Under the pieces are notes generated by a model. The model did no database searches. It saw only the letters and a list, made by a program, of their open reading frames with translations, and was not told where the DNA came from. Positions 38,407 through 51,100 of a stretch of DNA of 64,000 nucleotides are shown one piece after another (position 1 is the stretch's first letter; each line of letters opens with the position of its first letter). This DNA comes from Lytechinus pictus. Its lineage: Eukaryota. The stretch is from contig NC_087251.1 in NCBI RefSeq assembly GCF_037042905.1, positions 33,916,001 to 33,980,000 of the forward strand. Direction: 5' to 3'. The translations under genes and the position numbers were made by a program.

Positions 38407-41400
38407 CTACCTCATAATATCAAATGATTTAAAAGTTAGCTCATCAACATTTTTCTCATTCGAGAATACTGCCTTGTCAATCCTTGACTTCGGGCTTCCT
38501 TTAGTTTTCAACCAAGATTTCCTACAAGGAAAGAGAAAAACAAAGAAAGAGAATGCAATTTACACTACAGTTATAAACTGAAATGGAATTTGTGTTGGTT
38601 ACAATGATAAATGTTTGAGACCTAGTTATTATTCACAAATTCACTTCATATTACATATCATGTGATAAGTGTTTCAGAAATGATTTTAGAAATTATTGGA
38701 GTTGCAAGTGGCAAAGTGCTACACAAAATGCATAACTGGATCAGATTTCACAAAACTGATCATTGCCTTGGGGCATACATGTACAGGTTGTAAAGTGCAA
38801 TTACATTTTAAATTATCAAAGTATCATTCTGGTCAAAAGCCAGAGCTAGTGATTGTGACATTTCCAAGTTAACGCTGAGGATTAATATGATTATTTTCCT
38901 TTTGAACATTATTGAATACAAACCAAAAGTATCTTTTCCCAGTTCTTTGTCTTTTGGGCTTTAGCCATACTCTGAAATGTTGTCCTTTCATCCCAAAGGG
39001 GATGTTCATCCTGAATTCAAGTCAATATTGATCACTGCTTCATTTATATTCTCTTATTTTACTTTTTCAGAATTCTGCCCTGTATGTTTTTTTTTATTTT
39101 TTTTTATATATATATACATAAATGCTTACATCAGTTTGATTTTATCTTCTTGTCCCTGAGCTTGCCCAATAACTGTCCCTTTGTTGGTGTTTTGTACCCA
39201 TCCTGTCAGAAATAATTCCCTTGCTTTCCTTCTCGTATCCTGAGGAGAGAGATAGAGTTAGATTCATAAGCATATACCTGTAGATTTTCTTGTAACATAA
39301 GCAATTTTTTTTAATTTGCACCACATAACTAGGCCTACTTCTAATTCCATTGAGCTATGATAATTCTCTCGTAAACACTAAAACAGCCACAGGTTTAGTA
39401 TGATTATGATACCGAAAAACATATTAACATCACTTACAAAATGGGCTGAAAGTGTATTTGTGCAATAATTTACTTTTGATCTTTAAACTGGATGTCTTCT
39501 CGAAATTATGCTTCAATTGTGAAGGAAGAAGACTTGTTTGATCCAGGACTGTTCTATTTTCCTTACAAAATACAAAAGCATGCATTATGAAACCATAGTA
39601 AGAATATGTTGCATCTATAGAATTAGAGTCTAGAGAGATTATTCTCTTCAGAACCTAAATGAACTATCTCTATTCTTCATTTGGGGGGGAAATTTCTTTA
39701 ACTATCTGCATATCATGGCCATTCTCTGCAGCAATAATGAAATTTCTCCACAAATTTTATTTTAACCCAAAATTTGGTTGAAATATGAACTGACCAAATA
39801 TTGGTAAAAAAAAAATCATTTTGCATGCAATTTTGTTTTAACCAACTGTTGGTTAGTGCCCGTAAGTTCATATCTGAACCAACTACTTAAAGGTTGGTTA
39901 AACAATTTCTGAGTGCAAAATTAAACATTTCTTTATAGAAGTCCAAACTTTTGTTCAATCTCGGGCATATTTTTCCATTAATAAAGATAAATCATATATG
40001 ATTTGCTTTGGCTTTTATTCTGCAAAACATGTCACCATTAAAATAGGCTTGACTGAAAGATAAAAACATCAGATGTGGGTGTGTAATGTTCACTTACCCT
40101 TCTAAAGAAGACACCTGCAAAATAATCATACATTAAAGAGAAAGTTTAAAAAGTTTGATTGGGAGAGATTTAAGAGGTAGCTCTCCTGGAACAATTGTAC
40201 AATTTGATCAATCAGGCATTAATGGATTAAAGTAATTCAGTCTAAACTATTTTTTATTTCCTTTAAATTGCTTAGCAAATGAAGAAAAAGGCAAAACCTG
40301 ATAAAAAAATCTTAAGTACTGAAGTGATAAGAACTTAAAGGAGAATGAAACCCTTGAAACCAGCTGAATCCATATCAAAGAGAAAAATCAAAGAAACATA
40401 TTGTTGAAAGTTTGAGGAAGATTGAATGAATAAAAGGAAAGTTATGAGAATTTGAATATTGAGATCACTAATGCCACGTAGATCCTCCCATTGGCAATGC
40501 GACCAAGATCTGTGATATCACACACGTACAACTCCTTCATTACGTTAGTACTTATTTCTCTTATATTCTCATTTTTATAGAGTCTATCACAAGGTGAGGT
40601 GTTCTCTTTATGAGAGGACAAGTACAGAGGTTTTACAACATTATATCATTGATGAATCGTTTGTCATATGATTATAGAATGAGCAAAAAGAGATGTTTTG
40701 GGGTATATTTTCAGCGTCCAAAAGGGGAGAGTTGTTCATCTGTGACATCATAGATCTTGGTCGCATTGCCAATGGGAGGATCTCCATAGCATTAGTGATC
40801 TCGACATTCAAATGCTCATAACTCTTCTATTGCTAGTCCTATTTTACTCAAACCTTTGTTAATCTTATTCTTTGATTTTTCTGCTTTCACAAAAGCTAAC
40901 TTGCTCCAAGAGTTTCATTCTCCTTTAAGTTAAAAGTCCAAATTGGTAAATGACATTCATTAATGGCTGAGATGAGAAGACTCCAAAGAAATAGCATGAA
41001 TGCATGCAAGTGAAATAATATTAATAAATGCAAAATATCAATTAAAACTTAAAGCTTCAGTCTCAAGTATAATAATGAAGTACTATGGAGCTGACCCTAA
41101 AGTATAGGCCTATGCAATTTGAATAGATTTTTCAAAGTTGGTGTTCCTCCTTCACTGTCTTCTCTTGACTCTTCTTCTGTTGGTCCACCATCTATGGTAC
41201 TAGATGTCTTACAAAAGCAAACAAGATCAGATCATTAATTCAAAACCTAGGTCTAAAAAAAAAGTGGAAAAAAAAACTCGAGGGAGTCTAGGCTAGCCGG
41301 CTAGCTCTGGCGAAAATAGACAAATTGACTGGTTGCCAAATAAAAAGAACCCCCCCCCCCCCTCTGCCGACGTCAGGGACGGGACTGTCGTGTTGCGCTT

Positions 41401-41657
41401 GCACGCACTGAGTGACTGTGTTCGTGATGCCAAGTATTGCTGCTGGCAGCAGAACTGCCAGAAGCCAATGTTCAACCCATTAACGCGATTTTAATTCACT
41501 TGATTTAAAGAGGAAGACATAATACCTCCATCACAGGCATCGCTACAATACTGTTATGATTTCGAACACTTTTACCTTGAACTTTTCCAAATATTTCGAA
41601 ATCTATTGACCTCCAAATTATCTGTTTTGTTGAAGCAGACGCTCTCGATGTCGCCAT
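38407..41657 (-). CDS. ACYP2: Acylphosphatase (ACYP family, probably ACYP2-like), 107 aa, 4 exons: 41657-41576, 40114-40098, 39239-39130, 38521-38407
   Basis: Translation MATSRASASTKQIIWRSIDFEIFGKVQ-GVFFRR-DTRRKARELFLTGWVQNTNKGTVIGQAQGQEDKIKLM-KSWLKTKGSPKSRIDKAVFSNEKNVDELTFKSFDIMR*. It has the GKVQGVFFR signature with catalytic Arg, the GWVQN Asn and GSPKS. Family is certain; the paralog symbol rests on adjacency to PSME4. Confidence 0.9.
40339..40924. mobile_element. Kolobok-like MITE with intact TTAA duplication (ACYP intron 1)
   Basis: TTAA|AGGAGAATGAAAC ... GTTTCATTCTCCT|TTAA; near-perfect internal arms GATCCTCCCATTGGCAATGCGACCAAGATCT / AGATCTTGGTCGCATTGCCAATGGGAGGATC. Confidence 0.8.
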
Positions 41658-42187
41658 GTTTACAATTTAATGATCTTTCTTTCCTCGTTCACACTACTTA
41701 ATAATGCCATCATTTAGGTTTTGAAGAAATTTAAACAAAATTAAAATCTTTTGATAATAAAAATAATTTGGTTGAAAATAAGAATATATCCAGATACACA
41801 CAAACGTCTAAAAATAAAGATTACAAAAATATATAACTTTATCAACTCATTTACCTTTAAAATAGGCCAATCCATTTTTCAAGTAGGGTGGTTGGGATAA
41901 AGATGTTCAATATAAACTTGATATTTGTGTATGCTATGATCATCCAAGAATTGATTCAAACTAAATTATGGTTAGTTTTAAATATTAAAGAATGTTCTTT
42001 AAATTTTTTTAGTAAAATAGGCGACCTCCCATAAACTTTTTCATGTATCAGAATTAACTCGTAAGCCTGCGATACTAATCAACTCTTCATGACGTGTGAA
42101 AAACATGTCGGATTGTGAAATGGGCTAATTCATCGTAACTACCTAAATATCAGAGCAGAAGGTTAAGTTTCGATCAACGAAGACAAT
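41658..42187. promoter_or_regulatory. Putative bidirectional promoter ACYP/PSME4
   Basis: Divergent ATGs 530 bp apart; GGCCAAT at ~41865 and CATGACGTGT at 42088-42097. Function inferred. Confidence 0.6.
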
Positions 42188-45100
42188 ATGGAAGATCAAG
42201 ATGGAAACGATTCTTGCTACCAAAAAGAATTGATTTACAACAAGCTATTGCCATATTCATCAGAATTTGAGGAGGAATCCAAGAAGCATCTGAGTGAAAT
42301 CAAAACCAATTTATCGCTTGCTGTGCAGCTTCGTGAACTCCGCCCCGGTGTGCTCTTTTGGACCGGGAAGTTTTCGGCGTAAGTTGACCCGTATTAATAC
42401 CGACTCAAGCCGCTAGCCCGCCGCTCCTCTTAGTACGTCTTTATAGTATAAATTATACACTCTAAAAGTAAATAATCTCACTCATTCTGCTGCTAAAATA
42501 AAACTGAGTGGTATCACATTAGATTAATTAGGATTTATTATTGTTGTTTGGTAATGCGAATATGGGATGCACTGTTTCCATAATTTGGAGCTGGAGCTCA
42601 GCTCTGAGACTGAGTCTGATTAATATTAGTCAGAATAAAAAAAATTGCCCAATCAAATTGAAAATGTTGCCCTGATTCAAAAGAAGGCTCAATTAAGTTG
42701 AAGTTGAATGGCCAATGGGAATTTATTGATGAAGACAGTAATACTAGTAACAATGACAATGTAATATGAGACGTGATATGAGTTTTAGTACTTATACTAG
42801 ATCTTATTTTTATTCTAGACTTAGATCACTAATGTAGGTTTTGAATGATATTATGAATATGATCCAGATCAACATGATCGATGATCATGAAACTTGTTAG
42901 TTTATAAACTCAGCTCAGACAGTATGTAAACTTTTTGTATGGAAAAACATGCTTCAAAATAGGATTTTGTCCAGGTGGTATATACTATTATGTCCAGCCG
43001 CCATAAAATCTGCCAGATGGACTGAATATTCATTTGTATTCATTCGAATTTCTTGTTTTTAATTGTTGAAATTTACTATTGGGACTATGCCATGGAATAA
43101 ACCTTATTATCAATTAATAACTGAAAAAAAAAATGAAAATTTGCAGCCTGTATTCTGTGAGATTTAGACATTATTATAGCGGTTCTCCATGTCTGAAGTT
43201 GAATATTTTTTCACCATTTTTACTTTAATTGAGACAAATAAATGAAGATCTGTCTCTGTAAATTGCATAAACTAGGTAAAGTTTGTGGTATTTGACTGTC
43301 TTCTTCATTGTGCAAATACACAATATTTGCAAACAGTGGGCACTGTGCATATATAAGGCATCACATCACATCATACATTTTTATAATTAATTTCCCCTAA
43401 TATTAAAAGCAAAGAGAGAACAGTAATGAAATATATTGTCTGAGACTGATCTGATGCAGATGAAAAATATGTAATGGTACCATCTGCATTCATTTTTTCC
43501 AGGTATATTCATTATTATGGCCAAAAATTCAGCAAGGAAGAACATGTGGCCTTCATCAAGCTATATCTAGAGCTTTTCGACATTCCAGACCTGGAATTTA
43601 AGATCATGTCAGAGTTTGCCAGAGTTTTAATCATACTGCTCAAGTAAGTTATCAAAGATCTTTATTTTCCTTATTAAGTTATGCATGTCCATGGTGCATT
43701 GTGTGATTGCTATTAAGCAAAGAAACTTGTACATACATCTAATTTGGATATGTAATAATTTCTAAATTGATTTTTTGCAGTAAGATGAAAATTTGCCTCC
43801 TTATTGTTGATAACTTCTTGACAAGAAAAAGGATGGAAACAAAAAACAAATAGGAAAGAAATTTAGAAAACTTTAAAGATTTTTTTAAAGAAAAAGAAAA
43901 CATGAAATATGAAAAAATGGAACAAATGAAAAAGAAAAAGAATATAACAGAAAAAATAAACAAAAACAAAAGGAAAACAAAAACAAAAACAAAAGAAATA
44001 AAAAAAAAGGAAAGAAAGAAAGAGAAAAGACAAGAAAAAGAAACCTCAAAGAATATAAAAGGAACTACCGTATATAAATAATCTGGCAAAATTTGTCAAT
44101 TCTTACTGGTTGTATAAAGCCAAGCAATCATGAAATCAACAAAAGAATATTTAATTTTTGTCTCTTTATTGGTATCATAAACAAATCAAATTGAGGTCAT
44201 TCAAGTTTAATTTTCCAATATCCCTTGCACTGACCCAATCTTATTTTGCAAGAAAACCAGTAAGTATTTGATTCGGTACAGCTAGAGAAAGACAAATGCT
44301 ACTTGATGCAAAAAAACAACATAAAAACAACCTCATTTCAAATCTGAAATTGTCAACCACTCTATCATCTTATTTATATCTATTCCCCATTTGGATTTAA
44401 TTATGATCCTCAATTCGGATATAAATTTTGATTCAAATTTCACTGTTGATTTTCAATACAGAAGCAAAAAAAAATCTGTATTCTCATTTAGATTTACCAG
44501 TATTTTTTTATAAGGAGGCGAATTGGAATCTTTATTTTGAATTGACTGATATTGTTGATGAAGCAAAATTGAATGTCACCATTTTGATATGAAGACAAAT
44601 GGAATGCATTTGTACACCATATTAAAATGGCCATTATTTTTTTTTTATCACATAGCAATGAGAAAGCAGTATTGAAATTTCCATTTTGAAATCATTCAAT
44701 CATAATTGAAATGGGCACTCTGCCATGGAATGTATATCAATTTTTTTAACCCTTCACCCACATTTTTATACAGTATTTGATATCCAATGAGAAAGCAAAA
44801 TTTAATGAACCCCATTTTCATTTGATGTTGATTTCCAGTAAGACTGCAAAATTGAATTGATTTGTTTCATATATTTACTCAATTTTCTATTGAAGAATCA
44901 AACTGGAATATTACAATTTTTATATTGTCTTGCATATTTCATTGATCATGAAATCAGGTGAGACCCCATCTTACAAAGAGATACGATTGATCCAATCAAT
45001 TGTAACTCTATGGAAATCCATCAGTGTCATAATTTTTTCTAAAGGAAATTTGCAAAATGTCATTTGTAAACAAAGGAGAATACACCAAATTGTCAAGAAA

Positions 45101-48100
45101 TGATTTTTTTAATAGACGTTCAACTTCGTATATAATTTTAAAAAAAAATCATGCATTCTAGATGTTGACTTTGCTGGCTTTCCATATTTGCTTTTGATTG
45201 GATCAATCGCAACTCTTTTTAAGACAGGGCCCTGGGTCATATACCACCTTGTTTGATGACAGATGGAATGTGTCAATGAACTTTTGATCATGAGAAAGCA
45301 GCAATATTCAGATTTGCCATTTTGATAATCACTGTTGAATTTTTGCACTCTACCAAGTTAATTGAATAAATGTTTTTCCACCATCACCCTTGCTTTGATT
45401 AAGACAAAGTAATGATTATCTAATTAGCAATCAAAATTGAATATTACCATTTTGATTTGATGTTGATTTCCAATGAGAAAGCAAAACATCAATATTTTGA
45501 GTAGATGTTGATTTCTAATGAGAAAGAAAAAAATGAATATCACCATTAATCAAATTTTTTTCCACCATCACCCTTGCTTTGATTAAGACAAAGTCATGAT
45601 TATCTAATGAGAAAGCAAAATTGAATATTGCCATTTTGATTTGATGTTTATTTCCAATGAGAAAGCAAAATATCAATATTTTGAGTAGATGTTGATATCC
45701 AATGAGAAAGCAAACTTGAAGATCACCATTTTGAGTTGGTGTTGATTTCCAATCAATGAGAAACCAAAATTAAATATCAATATTTTGATTTGATGTTGAT
45801 CTCCAATGAGAAAGCAAAATTGAATATCACTATTTTGAGTTGATATTGATTTCCAATGAGAAAGCAAAATGGAATATCACCATTTTGAGTTGATTTTGAT
45901 TTCCAATGAATAAGCAAAATTGAATATCACCATTTTGATTTGATGTTGATTTCCAATGAGAAAGCAAATTTGGATATCACCATTTTGAGTTGATGCTAAT
46001 TTCCAATGAGAAAGCAAAATTGAATTCCACCATTTTGAGATGGTGATTTCCAATGACAAAGCAAAATTGAATATCACCATTTTGATGTTGATTTTGATGA
46101 GGAGACAAAATTTAATATTAGCCATTTGATTTCATGTTGATTTTCAGTGAGAAAGCAAAATTGAATATCACCATTTTGATTTGATTTTTATTTTTAATAA
46201 GAAAAAAAAAATTCACAATGATTATTATTTTGATTGTCATTTCTCATAAGATGAGTTGAATGAGTTGAATTTTACAATTTTTCATGATGATTTTCAATGA
46301 GAGAGCAAAATTGAATATCACTTGTAAACATCATGATTTTACTTTATTGCTTATTCCTGGCAAGCCAGTCTCAAGCTTTGAGGGTTTAAAGAATTACCTA
46401 CATGTACATGTACATCATATTTTTCAAAAGTATACATTTTACTTTTAAGCGTTTTAATGAAAAAAGATCTGATCAAGTTAATAGATTTTCCATCTTAGTA
46501 GAGCATGTTTTTCCAGCACAAATTGGAAAAATGAAAATGGCACGACAGATCTCCAAGGCCAAATGCAGAGGCATTATGGTCAACGAGCTGGGCATCCATG
46601 GTCATAGCCTTTGTTTGCCTTGATTCTTAAAGCTCCGTTTTAAAATAATTATGAACGCTCAATCAAAACTTGAAGACTTAGATGTAATTTATGTAAGGGA
46701 TCCCTTGAAATGTTGTATTATTTTGCATTTTTAGGAAGCGACGATTACTCTCTCGAGATGACCTGATAATACCTTGGCGACCTATCTACAAGATTGTTGA
46801 AAGGATCCTGTACTCCCCTTATGAGCCACTAGGCTTAGAGTGGTACCCACAGTAAGTTTTACTTCTACACTGGTCAGTTCTATTGATCTGAGGAGTATTT
46901 CATCACTCAGCTGGCTAAAGGGTTAGCTCAAGCCCACACTTCATGACATGTACATTTTCCTGATCATTAGGAATAGGAATTGACATACCTAAACCCCTAG
47001 GCCCTTCGGCCAAGTCACATGACAATTTCACAATTTGACTTGATTGTGATTTTCCCAGCCAATGAGATAAAAATATTTTTCATAGATGCGATTATTATTA
47101 TATTTGGTTTGTGAATTAACTTTTTGAAGTGGATATTTTGATATACAATGCATGCTTTGCTAACTGGTGTTAACCTTTTTTGTCCACCTAAATGTGATTT
47201 ATTTGATTTTGGTTAGAAGTAAATAATCTATTCACTGTTGCACCAGAACACAGTCTATTCCAAGTCCCTGAACCAGTTAGTGGCGGAGAGAGGCCTTGAA
47301 AAGGAAATGAGATTTTACAGCAAAAATCAAGTCCTTTTCAAATTAACCACAGAGTTTACATTACTATCAAAATTCAGTTACCATGATTTTCACCTGTCTG
47401 ATGAGATGTATGTACTTGCACACATTTTTACCATTCGTCAATTTTCCACAATGAAATCAAAACATTGAATTGCTATGAAAGTCACTTTGTTTATGCGATA
47501 GTTCAGAAGACAGGGCTAGGCAATATGTGGATCATTCCATCACTTGAATTTCACACAATTTTATCAGTACACCACCCAACATTTTTTGTTTACCTTTGAC
47601 AGCTTCACATAATACATATCTTCTGCTATGCTGTGATGTATAAACATTAAACAACATATTTCCAAACAATTCTGCTCCACAGACACACCATAAAATGAAA
47701 CTAAAATAAAACTGGTAATTGATATCTGTCATATATTTTAGTTAATATGAGTATGTAATCCTTTCTTGATGTTTTAATTAATTTCTCCTTTCTATTTTCA
47801 GCACACTGGAAAATCGTCTGAAGTCTCTCATACGTATGTCTAGACCGTAAGTGGGTTTTATATTGCCTCATTTACTAAGCTTTGATATCCAAGTGTATGG
47901 ATTATAGTGACACTTAAACATCATGAATGATGAAGATGTGTTTAGGTGTTGGCTTGGGGATGTAGCCATGATTATGGTTTTGAAATAGTGTCCTTTTATA
48001 CAAATCACAATAGGGTCATTTCTATATACAGCTTGTGAAAACCTTTATTACTTGTGATCCATGCTAGAATTTAAGGAATGGAGGCAAAGTATGATATTGA

Positions 48101-51100
48101 CACTCACAGACGATATGAAATGGTGAAAGAAACACATTGATTGCATGTATCTATTGGCAGGCATATTGTGAAATCCAAGTCTGAGATGCATGCATCATGG
48201 ATGAATAAAGTAAATAACCAAATAAAATGTGTGTATTGCTACTCTTATCACATTCACAGATATTTCTCAGTTGACAGTACTAGAGAAATGCTTGAAGAAT
48301 GGCGCCCTCTCTTGTGCCCATTTGACGAGACCATGGCTAAAGGTATCCAGTACATGGAGTGCTTCCTCCCGACATTGCTTCCACCAGAACAACATGAGCA
48401 TGGGTTCAAGTGAGTGCATTGGGTGTTACTTGAAAATGTTATGTTAGTGTTAGTGTATTAGTATTGATAGCATTGACCATCATGCTGACTATTGTAGCTA
48501 TACCCCAAATGTTGGTGTTTTTATTTGAAATGATACCACTTGTAGTGATTTCAATTCAAGCACCAGTTTCATTTCAAGTTAGGTGATTTAGCCGGTGCTG
48601 TTCATACCCGTAATTAACATTAATGCCAGCTTAAGTTGAAATCACCTAACTTGAAAGCACCAATCACCTAGGGTTATGGTTTATCTAAATGAATGGTTCC
48701 ATCTTGATTGGAAGTAAAGTTTTTAACTCCCGGTATAATACAGTTGGTGGGACAAAACTTTTTATAATTTCAATAACAACAATGATAAAAATAATATCCA
48801 GTTCTTGTCTCAATACATTTGGAAGGTTGAAGTTTTAATGGAAAGATTATCCCATTTGCTAAATTGTTATGGCAGGCATACAAATCATTAATCAAGCATA
48901 TCAAGCATTATTCATGAAGAATTTGCAACAGATATTGAGACATCAAGAAAAGCAATGTTTATATGAATGCAACTTAGTAACAAGTTTAGTATATATTTTT
49001 GAAAGAAGAGAAGAACCATCACATTTGTATATATCCACTTTACATGAAGTTGATATAGATAATAATGCCTTTTGTTTTGTCTTACAGGTTGTGGTTGGAT
49101 GAAATGATTAGTATATGGAACAATTCTCAGAACTCTCCTCACATAGAATCAGTAAGTATTATTAAATTCCATTGCAGTATGTGATGCCTTTATTGATATA
49201 GACCCATAATCATTTGATGTTTAGTAACTACATAGTTGGAATCTGTGATTTAAGGTCAAGTCTGCCCTTACACGTTCACTTGAATGAATACAGAAAGAGA
49301 AACATGAAATAAGCATAAAACTGGAATTTTCTTCAAAATTTTAATTAGGGTTTCGTGTCCATAATATCAGACCCCACCCCATACTTTTTCCTGATACTAT
49401 GCTCATCAAACTAGTCTAATCTATAGTTATGTACTAATGAATACTTCAAATAATGATCATTGTTTCCCTTTCTTTCTACAGGCCCTAGTAGACTTATTTT
49501 CTAGATTAGCATCAGAGAATATAGGATACATTGATTGGGATCCACACATACCAAAGGTGAGTGGATCTAAATCTATATTGACAATATTTGTTAATGATAT
49601 TTCACTTTTATCTATCCCTTATACCTTGGTCACATTTGCTCTACGGCGGCCGTACGGCGAGTCGAAAACAGCCGTTTACACATTTTATGTACGAGCGACA
49701 TAGAGGTGGTTTGTATAAAAATGAATAAAACGGCTGTTTTCGACTCGCCGTACGGCCGCCGTAGAGTAAATGTGACCATGGTATTAATACACTGGGCAAT
49801 GTCTCTGATACGCTTTACAGAATGTTATTATCCTGGTCCTTGAATCCTGGCTTTCCCGCATACAGTGTATGCCCTTTCTCCACTCCCTGAAAGTAAATAT
49901 TGCTATATTGAACTTGAAATCCTTGTGATACTACTGATAATTCTATTTATTTGGTGCTCATATCCACTCCACAGAATGCTCAATCAATGTGCTAACTCTA
50001 ATTATCATGTTTTGTGATCAGATTGTATCAGATTTTGTTGAGGACAAACTTATCCTCATTTCTTATTTGAAGGGGTTTAACCTTTTGCAATCTTGATATA
50101 AAGGATGGATGTGGAACAGTTGGAATGAAGGAAGGGGAGATAATTCAATTTTTTTTCTCAATTTTTTCTGTTTTTCCAGATATTCACCTGTTTCTTGAGA
50201 GGCCTTAGTCTACCTGTAGGTTCTAAGAAGCTTCAGGTTGCTCGTAATGGGAAAGGCTTTGACGTCGGTCCACTAGCAACATGGATTGTGTCAATGCTGG
50301 TAAGAAAAAGTTGTTTTGTTTATTGATTCATTTGGTATTGAAGAGTGAGGTAGACAATTGTAATGTGACAAATTACCTTAAGAGAGCCATATTCCATCAA
50401 TGAATGAGTGATAAGTTTTATGCATTTTACAATATTTCAATTTATAGATTTTTCTGGACTACAGAAAATTTTATTCATCAGAACACACTTGTCCAGACTA
50501 TCTGTACTGTGACTTTGCTTGCTATATATCTCATTAAGATTCTTCAATGAGTTGAAAGTTCTTGTAACAGAGTTTTCTACATCTTTTTTATTTTTGGGTT
50601 GATATGGCATGAAAACTCAGTTGGTATTCCAGTGGTCCACAATCGGTAACCCAAGTTCAATTCCCACTTGGTGAGCTAGTGCCCCTTGGCAAGGCATTTG
50701 TCTTTATTACCAGGTCTCTTAAAGAGGACCTTGAGCCTGCAGTCCTGTGGTTGCTTTCTTACAAGAATTCATGCTATCTTAGCAATCAGGTTTAAGAAAA
50801 CGCCACTGCTGCCATAACTTTTAACCTTTAGTTTACCAAATGAATAAAAAAAAAGGTTATGTGTTTGATTTCTGTGCCTTTGAAAAGCTGGGTTATACAG
50901 TTTTGTTTTACTTTGTTCTCTTCTTGCTTCTTTTCACAGGGTCACACAAAGACTTGTCAGGGCCATCTGCAAAAGTTCTTTGTGGCAACAGATTCCTACT
51001 TCCATCCATCAAATACTGGGAAATACTCTGTAAGCATCCTCAAAATTTAATTTACTTGAGTTTGCGCGGCCAGAATTCCATAAAGTATGTACATTCAATT

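Noticed and set aside
43739..44089. 116-aa Phe-rich 'membrane protein' ORF (also 12939-13190 and 63463-63750)
   Set aside because: Translations of A-rich or T-rich low-complexity DNA.
45673..46125. Repetitive ORFs in PSME4 intron 2
   Set aside because: Translations of the 50-bp satellite; the unit length is not a multiple of three.
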